DNA from: Calditrichota bacterium
Lineage (GTDB): Bacteria; Calditrichota; Calditrichia; RBG-13-44-9; J075
Direction of reading: 5' to 3'
Length of the DNA: 30,440 bases
Assembly (NCBI GenBank): GCA_003695285.1
Contig: RFIL01000041.1
Span: 1-30,440, forward strand
Both the position numbers and the translations under genes were made by a program. Below the pieces are notes generated by a model. That model saw only the letters and a list, made by a program, of their open reading frames with translations. It was not told the DNA's origin and made no database searches. Shown one piece after another: positions 1-6,751 of this stretch (the first letter of the stretch is position 1; every line of letters begins with the position of its first letter).

Positions 1-185
1 TACTCCATCCCGAACCGCCAATGCGGATATCGGATTGGGAATCCTCCATATGCTGCCAGCTGGCTCATGGTATCATAATCCACCATCTCAAATATGACCG
101 GAAAAAAGTCCAACCCATATTCACGGGCATATGCTTCGATCTCGGGTTGCAGGGCAATTATATCTTCTTTAGTTGCGGCTTTCAT
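1..185 (-). CDS. spoVR: SpoVR/YcgB family protein, N-terminal part (runs off the left edge of the window)
   Basis: Not in the ORF track. Manual translation from the ATG at 185 (overlapping the yeaH stop as ATGA) gives [61 protein letters not shown], containing the SpoVR-type [16 protein letters not shown] motif. It follows prkA-yeaH. Confidence 0.93.
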   Translation of the reverse strand, partial: MKAATKEDIIALQPEIEAYAREYGLDFFPVIFEMVDYDTMSQLAAYGGFPIRYPHWRFGME

Positions 186-1288
186 TTTCCTTTCCCCAAA
201 AAATCTTTAATAGAATCATAAATTGCTTCTTTATCCGGGATGTACGATAGAATCAAATTATCATGCCCATCCAAATTCTCATCCAGGAAATCGATAAATT
301 CTCCACTACCATAGGTGCTTTCCACCTGACCATACCCGAATAAATTTACCCTGGGTAAAATTTCGTTTTTCAGCAGATCTGCACAGAGCCGGTTGTCCTC
401 ACGCGACCAGTTATCACCATCTGAAAAATGAAAGGCATAAATATTCCATTCATCTGGCGGATAATCCTGGTCAATAATCTGCTTGCATAGTTCATAAGCG
501 GTAGAGATGACAGTTCCTCCGTTTTCTCGAACACTAAAGAAGGTATCCCGGTCCACTTCATGAGCCTGTGCATCATGAATAATATAGCGAGTCACCAGAC
601 CTTTGTATTGATAATGCAGCCAGGTATCAATCCAGAATGTTTCTAAGCGAACGATTTGTTTTTGTTCATCCCACATCGAGCCGGAGACATCCATCATATA
701 GATAATAACCGCATTGCTTTGAGGTTGAGTGGTGGTCTTCCAGGATCGATAGCGGAAATCCTCACGAATGGGAACGATCTGGGGTTTTTCCATATTAAAC
801 TGGCCGGTGATGATCTGGCGCTTCAGAGCTTCACGAAATGTTCGTTTAAAATGTCGCAGGGATTCCGGTCCCACTTTGCTGATACCGGTATAGCGATCTT
901 TTTCCGAAACAATTTCCTTTTTCCCTTTGGGTTCAATGTTGGGCAGTTCCAATTCTTCAGCCAGAATTTCCGCCAGTTCTTCCAGGGTCAATTCAACCTC
1001 GCGAAGATGATAACCGGGTTCATTTCCGGCGTTCCCTGCTCCGGCTTCGCCATCGTCACCGCTCAAGGGGGTACCGGGTTCCCCTTCTCCCTGTCCGGCT
1101 CCACCTCGGCCATTATCCCCAAAACGGAAACGGGGTAAATCTATCTGTGGAAGAGGTATACTGATTAAATCCCGACCTTTTCTGCCAATCATTTCCCCAT
1201 TGGATATATATTTCCGCAGGTTCTCTTTGACCTTTCCTTTGATAATCTGGCGGAAACGATTGTAGTCATTATCAATGTGCATTAACAT
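182..1288 (-). CDS. yeaH: YeaH/YhbH (DUF444) family vWA-domain protein
   Basis: [19 protein letters not shown]-terminus, Gly-rich GQGEGEPG segment, MIDAS-like [17 protein letters not shown]. The ORF track starts at TTG 1333; ATG 1288 (or 1282), preceded by AAAGGGT, is the more likely start. Confidence 0.92.
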   Translation of the reverse strand: MLMHIDNDYNRFRQIIKGKVKENLRKYISNGEMIGRKGRDLISIPLPQIDLPRFRFGDNGRGGAGQGEGEPGTPLSGDDGEAGAGNAGNEPGYHLREVELTLEELAEILAEELELPNIEPKGKKEIVSEKDRYTGISKVGPESLRHFKRTFREALKRQIITGQFNMEKPQIVPIREDFRYRSWKTTTQPQSNAVIIYMMDVSGSMWDEQKQIVRLETFWIDTWLHYQYKGLVTRYIIHDAQAHEVDRDTFFSVRENGGTVISTAYELCKQIIDQDYPPDEWNIYAFHFSDGDNWSREDNRLCADLLKNEILPRVNLFGYGQVESTYGSGEFIDFLDENLDGHDNLILSYIPDKEAIYDSIKDFLGKGK

Positions 1289-1353
1289 AATTAAAAACCC
1301 TTTATCTTTCCTTCGACCAGTTTCTTCTGGCAAAAAACTTACCTTTTATCAAC

Positions 1354-1377
1354 CCGGAGCCGGATGCCCGGCCCCGG
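1354..1377 (-). other. GC-rich stem-loop between prkA and yeaH (no U-tract; possible mRNA stability/processing element)
   Basis: Minus strand CCGGGGCCGG-GCAT-CCGGCTCCGG: 10-bp stem with one G:U pair, which works only on the minus-strand RNA. Followed by GTTGATAAAAGG, not poly-U. Confidence 0.55.
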
Positions 1378-1413
1378 TTTCATATTCATCTGCTTTGATG
1401 GAAAAATGCAATC

Positions 1414-1429
1414 GGCAAGTGAAATGCCA
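1414..1429 (-). promoter_or_regulatory. Candidate internal sigma54 (-24/-12) promoter for yeaH-spoVR
   Basis: Minus strand TGGCATTTCACTTGCC directly after the prkA TAA. GG-N10-GC spacing is exact; matches TGGCA-N6-TTGC. Confidence 0.45.
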
Positions 1430-3490
1430 TTATTCCTGGATATCACCCCGGGCAAAGATGCTGGCGACATAATTCAATACATCGGTCGCACTGTGTTCGT
1501 CGTATCCGAAATCTTTAATCAATCGCGCTTTCACAATATCAATCTTTTCCTGGGTTTCCTTATCCATCACCGAGGAGACCAGGGAGGATAATTTGATGCT
1601 ATCCTTCTGATCTTCAAACAGCTTTAATTCCAGGGCTTTTGCCAGGCGCTCATTGCTTCTCCAATCAAATTTCTTCCCTTCCAGGGAAAGTGCACCGATA
1701 TAATTCATAATTTCCCGACGGAAATCATCTTTTCGGCTTTCCGGAATATCAATTTTTTCCTCGATGGAGCGCATCAATTTTTCATTCGGCTCTTCATCTT
1801 CGCCGGTGTATTTGTTCTTCACTTTTTCCTTCTGTACATACGCTTTCACATTATCAATGTAATTGGCGAAGAGTCGCTTAATTCCTTCTTCATCAGCACT
1901 GATGGCTCGTTGCACTTCATTCTTGACGATTTCGGTGTATTCTTTCTTAACCACCTGTATCAACTCCCGATAACGTTTTTTGGTCTCCTCACTGGTAATC
2001 AGACTGTGATGATCCAGTCCGCTTTCCAGTTCATTTAAGACCATGAATGGATTCACTGTAGGTTCTTCCGGGAATTTAACAATGGCATTGGAAATTTTAT
2101 CCTGCACATAGCGCGGAGAGATTCCTTCCAGACCTTCCCGGACCGCTTCTTTCCGGAGTTCCCGGACATTATCCTCCGTGTATCCGGGGATAAGTTTGCC
2201 ATCATACAGTTTTAGCTTTTGTACCAGGGTTAAATCTGCTTTTTTGGGTTCTTCCAGACGAGTCAGCACCGCCCACATGGCCGCCATTTCGATGGTGTGA
2301 GGGGCAATAAATTTTCCGCGGATTTTTTCGTTATTGTAATCCTTCTTATAAATCTTTATCTCTTCCGACCACTTGGTAATATAGGGAATATCCACCTTCA
2401 CCGTTCTATCGCGAAGGGCCTCCATAAACTCATTATTCTGGAGTTTGCGATATTCCGGTTCATTGGTATGTCCGATGATGACCTCATCAATATCAGTTTG
2501 GGGAAATTTTTTCGGCTTAATTTTATGTTCCTGGCTGGCACTCAACAGATCATAGAGAAAGGCCACATCCAGCTTCAACATTTCGATGAATTCGATGATA
2601 CCGCGATTGGCAATGTTAAACTCGCCGTCAAAATTAAACGCCCGGGGATCGGAATCTGAGCCATATTCCGCAATCTTTCGATAATTAATATCTCCGGTTA
2701 GCTCGGTAGAATCCTGGTTTTTCTCATCCTTCGGTTGGAACGTTCCAATTCCGATGCGATCCTTTTCAGAGAGCAGAATTCGTTTCACCCGAACATGTTC
2801 CAGAACCTTCATCCAGTCGCCATTGTGCATTTCCACTAAACCGCGATAAATTTGACGACAACTGGGGCACAATCCACCTTCGACATATACCTCTTCGAAC
2901 TTATTGCCCAGCAATCCACGGAGAAATTCTTCTCGAATACCTTCCGGGATGATATGAAGGGGTTCTTCGTGCATCGGACAGGCGATATTCTCATGGGGAG
3001 AAGTTTCCACATCCTCAAAAAATTTGGGGACATTAATCCACTCAAAGGAATATAATGCGCCTTCCTCCGTTCGGGAATAATGCTCCAGCCCTTTTTTCAT
3101 TAATCGCACAATTGTACTCTTAGAACTTCCCACCGGTCCGTGTAAGAGTAGCACCCGACGCTCGGTTCCATAGCGATAAGCTGCCGATTTGATAGCGTTC
3201 ATCAGCTTCATCAGATACGCGTCTAACCCGAAGACCGCATCTTTTCCATTGTCAATGGGGTCATCAAAAAACTTGTAATGAATCATCTTCTTTCGTGAGT
3301 CTTCATACTCTTCGACACCGAAGGAAAGAATCATATCATACAAGCGCTGATATGCGGTTCGGGTGACCTTGGGATTTTTCTTTACCAGCTCCAGATATTC
3401 CTCGAAAGAGCCTGTCCAGGTAAGCGCCTGGAACTCTTTGTCGAAGTACTTTTGCTGGATATTCGTGAGTAATTGGGTTGGTGATGCCAT
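1430..3490 (-). CDS. prkA: PrkA/YeaG family AAA+ ATPase ('serine protein kinase')
   Basis: Walker [10 protein letters not shown], Walker B-like [38 protein letters not shown]; RBS AAGGAG upstream of ATG 3490; operon with yeaH and spoVR. Confidence 0.96.
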   Translation of the reverse strand: MASPTQLLTNIQQKYFDKEFQALTWTGSFEEYLELVKKNPKVTRTAYQRLYDMILSFGVEEYEDSRKKMIHYKFFDDPIDNGKDAVFGLDAYLMKLMNAIKSAAYRYGTERRVLLLHGPVGSSKSTIVRLMKKGLEHYSRTEEGALYSFEWINVPKFFEDVETSPHENIACPMHEEPLHIIPEGIREEFLRGLLGNKFEEVYVEGGLCPSCRQIYRGLVEMHNGDWMKVLEHVRVKRILLSEKDRIGIGTFQPKDEKNQDSTELTGDINYRKIAEYGSDSDPRAFNFDGEFNIANRGIIEFIEMLKLDVAFLYDLLSASQEHKIKPKKFPQTDIDEVIIGHTNEPEYRKLQNNEFMEALRDRTVKVDIPYITKWSEEIKIYKKDYNNEKIRGKFIAPHTIEMAAMWAVLTRLEEPKKADLTLVQKLKLYDGKLIPGYTEDNVRELRKEAVREGLEGISPRYVQDKISNAIVKFPEEPTVNPFMVLNELESGLDHHSLITSEETKKRYRELIQVVKKEYTEIVKNEVQRAISADEEGIKRLFANYIDNVKAYVQKEKVKNKYTGEDEEPNEKLMRSIEEKIDIPESRKDDFRREIMNYIGALSLEGKKFDWRSNERLAKALELKLFEDQKDSIKLSSLVSSVMDKETQEKIDIVKARLIKDFGYDEHSATDVLNYVASIFARGDIQE

Positions 3491-3496
3491 AATCCA

Positions 3497-3597
3497 TGTC
3501 TCCTTGTAATTAATTTAATGTTAACATTTCTACCCGATTATTGTCAGACACTCTTTCGTCCCTGAATACAGAGTGCTTCGCAGGAGGAAAGGAGACA
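3497..3597 (-). promoter_or_regulatory. Putative structured 5' leader of prkA with anti-Shine-Dalgarno
   Basis: On the mRNA, UGUCUCCUU (3597-3589) is perfectly complementary to AAGGAGACA (3505-3497), which contains the prkA SD. A CACUCU/AGAGUG stem lies between them. Confidence 0.5.
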
Positions 3598-3670
3598 AAC
3601 TCGAGAACGGACAGGCGCGAATACCGTGTTCACTGGAAGAGTCGCCAAACTGCAATCGAATACCTCTGTT

Positions 3671-3690
3671 TAAGGGGAATTTTCCCCTTA
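3671..3690. repeat. Perfect 9-bp inverted repeat (operator or hairpin)
   Basis: TAAGGGGAA-TT-TTCCCCTTA. Confidence 0.6.
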
Positions 3691-3799
3691 TATTTATTAG
3701 TGTCGTATAAATTTGAGCTTTCCTTATACTTTTCATTTTATATAAGTTATTTTTTTGGTTCCGGTGACTTGTCAGGCACCTGAACTATATCGATTGAAT

Positions 3800-3815
3800 T
3801 GCAATATCTTTGCCA
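3800..3815 (-). promoter_or_regulatory. Candidate sigma54 (-24/-12) promoter of the prkA operon
   Basis: Minus strand TGGCAAAGATATTGCA: exact GG-N10-GC spacing, TGGCA and TTGCA boxes, pointing toward prkA. Confidence 0.65.
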
Positions 3816-4245
3816 TATCTTAACTTTAATTGTTTATTTAACGGGAATACCGTCAAACAAGTTCACACAGATATCTAACTATTCTATCACGTTTTAATCA
3901 ATTTCAATCTCCCATCTTCTGGTAATTTTATATGTATGGATTCCACCGAATGTGTTTATCTCCCTGGATAAGGTCGAACACAAACAATTACTGTAAAAGC
4001 TGTCAGTTTAAATTACAATAAGGTGAAGGCGAAAATAATGGTGGTCAATACCTGCTTGATAATACCTCAACTGCAGATGAGGATAAATGGAAGTTTCCAG
4101 AGAAGGATAAACTTCTACCTTTTTATTACTTATGGGAAATTCTTTTTTCTTCATTGTTTTTTGAATTACTGCCATTTACTTTTTAAAACTCTTAAGTCAT
4201 AAAGAAAACGGTATCATTTTCTTTGTCATTCTGCTAAAACAAATT

Positions 4246-4274
4246 AAAGGTTGAAATTGTAAAAAGCAACCTTT
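4246..4274. promoter_or_regulatory. Inverted repeat upstream of the citrate synthase homolog (possible operator)
   Basis: AAAGGTTG-N13-CAACCTTT, about 40 bp upstream of ATG 4314. Confidence 0.35.
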
Positions 4275-4313
4275 TCTATGGAGAAAATAAATTTTTTTTG
4301 TGTTTGAGGTGAT

Positions 4314-5588
4314 ATGAATAATCTGAAACAAATCCTGACGACTAAAATTCCGATCTGGGGAGAACAACTTCAGAAAATCCAAAAAGAATATTCCGATTAT
4401 CCCGTTTCTACAATCACTGTTAAACAGCTGTTTAAGGGATTACGAGACGTTATCGCTGTAGTTTGCGATACCTCCTATGTTGATCCCCAGAAAGGACTAT
4501 TCATTCGGGATATACCGGTTCTGAAATTAATGGACCTTTCAGCCGAAGAACTTTTTTTTCTCCTTTGCAGTGGTGAGCAACCGGATGCACAGAGTGTGCA
4601 AGATTTGCAAATGGATTTATCCGCCCGGAGAGAGGTACCGCAACAAGTCTGGGATTTACTGGAAAGCCAACCCCCAGATACTCACCCCATGTCACTTCTG
4701 AGTATGAGCATGCTGGCCATGCAACGGGAATCTGTTTTTACAAAAGCTTATCAAAAGGGCTTATCCCGGGAACAATACTGGGAAGCAACCTTTGAAGATG
4801 CTTTGAACATCATTGCCAGACTCCCGGTAATTGCTGCTTATATCTATCGCCGTTTTCTTCGGGATGAACAGCCAATTGCACCACTGGCCCATCTGAATCA
4901 TACCGACAACTTTGCTAACATGCTGGGTTTCCCTTCCCGGGAGTTTAAAGAATTTCTTCAAAAATTTTTTGTGGTTCACAGTGACCACGAAGGAGCAAAT
5001 GCCAGCGTTTTTTCCAGTCGGGTGGTGAATTCTTCTCTTTCGGACCTTTATTATTCCATCTCAGCATCAATGAACAGCCTCGCAGGTCCCTTGCATGGGC
5101 TGGCCAATCAGGAATCACTCAAATTTATCCTTTCGGTCATCCAGGAATTTGCGGGAGTTCCATCTGAGGAGCAACTGGAAAAGCTTCTGAAAGTAAAAAT
5201 TCAGAATGGAGAAATTTTACCCGGTTTCGGACATGCGGTGTTACGAGCAGAAGACCCACGCTATCAGGCGCTTTTTGAATTCGGTGAGCAGTTATGCCCG
5301 GATGACCCTGTTTTTCAGGTGGCTGGTTTGTTAAAGAAATTGGTGCCACCACTGTTAATCGAAAAGGGAAAGGCCAGCAACCCTTACCCGAATATCGACG
5401 GGATTACCGGACCTCTTCTTTATCATTTTGGGATGAAAGAATTAACCTTTTACACAGTCATGTTTTCCACTGCACAGGTGTTGGGAATTTGTGCGCAATT
5501 AATTATCAACCAGGCATTGATGTTGCCAATATTCCGCCCCCGTTCGATTCCTCTGGCGCATTTAAAAGAACTTATTGAGAACCAGTAG
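4314..5588 (+). CDS. Citrate synthase family protein, eukaryote-like type, divergent (Arg401-equivalent is Gln)
   Basis: HSDHEGANAS, LAGPLHGLANQE, PGFGHAVLRAEDPRY, YPNIDG, FRPRS motifs; RBS GAGGTG. FSTAQVLG replaces the usual FGVSRALG, so the symbol gltA is withheld. Confidence 0.9.
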   Translation: MNNLKQILTTKIPIWGEQLQKIQKEYSDYPVSTITVKQLFKGLRDVIAVVCDTSYVDPQKGLFIRDIPVLKLMDLSAEELFFLLCSGEQPDAQSVQDLQMDLSARREVPQQVWDLLESQPPDTHPMSLLSMSMLAMQRESVFTKAYQKGLSREQYWEATFEDALNIIARLPVIAAYIYRRFLRDEQPIAPLAHLNHTDNFANMLGFPSREFKEFLQKFFVVHSDHEGANASVFSSRVVNSSLSDLYYSISASMNSLAGPLHGLANQESLKFILSVIQEFAGVPSEEQLEKLLKVKIQNGEILPGFGHAVLRAEDPRYQALFEFGEQLCPDDPVFQVAGLLKKLVPPLLIEKGKASNPYPNIDGITGPLLYHFGMKELTFYTVMFSTAQVLGICAQLIINQALMLPIFRPRSIPLAHLKELIENQ

Positions 5589-5660
5589 CGTAGTAAATTC
5601 GAGGTAATCAATAGCAAAACCAATTTTCTTTAGCCATCGTTGATGGAGCTTAAATAAGTT

Positions 5661-6749
5661 ATGGTACCAACAGTAACCTCACGGGCTCCCGGTAAAATCA
5701 TTTTCCTGGGTGAGTATGCCGTTTTAAAAGGTGCACCGGCCATCGTGGCGGCAATGAACCGTTTTGCAACCGTGAGGGTTTCCCCCTCGCAACAGGGATT
5801 CTCCCTTTACTCCCCTTTAATTCATCCTGAAAAATTGACCTTTTCCCTGGACGATAACAAACAACCTCAGTTCTTATCCCTTCCTCCAGAGGTGCTTACA
5901 AAATTACTTTTCTTCTCCACCACCTTTGAGTTTGCTGTTAGAGAACTCTCCAGGAGACAATTGCCCCTTCATCCTGCTGAAATTGAATTAGATACTTCTG
6001 ACTTTTACCTTGGTAAAGATGATCTTAAATTGGGTCTTGGTTCCAGTGCTGCCTTAACCGTTGCGCTCCTGGCAGCTCTTTATGAATACGCTGGTATTTC
6101 TCTGAGAGATGAAGAAGCCCGTTTACATTTGCTTCAGATGGCACTGGATGCGCATCGGGTAGCGCAGAAAAAAATCGGAAGTGGGGTGGATATCGCAGCC
6201 AGTACTTTTGGCGGGGTGTTAGAATTTCAAAGAATGGAGGAGACACTCACTCAACCGGTTTACCTGGAGGAAGTGGAACTCCCCCCAAATTTGTATTATC
6301 TGTTTGTCTGGAGTGGAACACCAGCCTCCACCTCCCGGTTGGTAAAACAGGTTGAAGAATGGGAAACTCTGCACCCGAAACAAGCTCAAGAACTTTATCG
6401 GAAAATGATCGATCTTTGTAAAACCGGTTGTGAGGCTATCAAAATCGGCGATACAAATCAATTTTTAGAGATAGTAGATTCTTACTATCATTATTTGCAT
6501 GAACTGGGCAAACAAAGTGGTGCTCCGATTGTTTCCCCGGTTCATCAGCACCTGGCTGATCTGGTAAAGGAAGCAGGCGGGTTTTATAAACCCTCAGGGG
6601 CCGGAGAAGGGGATCTGGGGATTGCTTTTACCAACTCTCCGGAAACGGCTGAAAATATCAAGAGGCATCTTACTTCAGCCGGTTTTACCGTGCTTCCCTT
6701 AGAAATTGAAAAAGATGGTGTTCAATGTCAAATAAAAGAGGGTCATTGA
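5661..6749 (+). CDS. mvaK2: Phosphomevalonate kinase (GHMP kinase family)
   Basis: RAPGKIIFLGEYAVL, KLGLGSSAAL, GSGVDIAASTFGG, KPSGAGEGDLG motifs; sits in a mevalonate gene cluster. Confidence 0.85.
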   Translation: MVPTVTSRAPGKIIFLGEYAVLKGAPAIVAAMNRFATVRVSPSQQGFSLYSPLIHPEKLTFSLDDNKQPQFLSLPPEVLTKLLFFSTTFEFAVRELSRRQLPLHPAEIELDTSDFYLGKDDLKLGLGSSAALTVALLAALYEYAGISLRDEEARLHLLQMALDAHRVAQKKIGSGVDIAASTFGGVLEFQRMEETLTQPVYLEEVELPPNLYYLFVWSGTPASTSRLVKQVEEWETLHPKQAQELYRKMIDLCKTGCEAIKIGDTNQFLEIVDSYYHYLHELGKQSGAPIVSPVHQHLADLVKEAGGFYKPSGAGEGDLGIAFTNSPETAENIKRHLTSAGFTVLPLEIEKDGVQCQIKEGH

Positions 6750-6751
6750 TC

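Noticed and set aside
21-221. 66-aa plus-strand ORF in the track
   Set aside because: The opposite strand encodes a clear SpoVR N-terminus.
656-1138. 160-aa plus-strand ORF (and similar antisense ORFs at 2297-2659, 14755-15273, 20236-20604, 26896-27408)
   Set aside because: Antisense shadows of well-supported genes, with no independent evidence.
3530-3736. 68-aa minus-strand ORF inside the predicted prkA leader (possible leader peptide)
   Set aside because: No SD before its ATG, no recognisable motif or amino-acid run; the region is better explained by RNA structure. Ribosome profiling could revive it.
3541-3783. 80-aa plus-strand ORF and GGAGGAAAGGAG purine tract at ~3583-3594
   Set aside because: The tract is not followed by a properly spaced start codon and is the complement of the anti-SD on the minus strand; the peptide is not protein-like.
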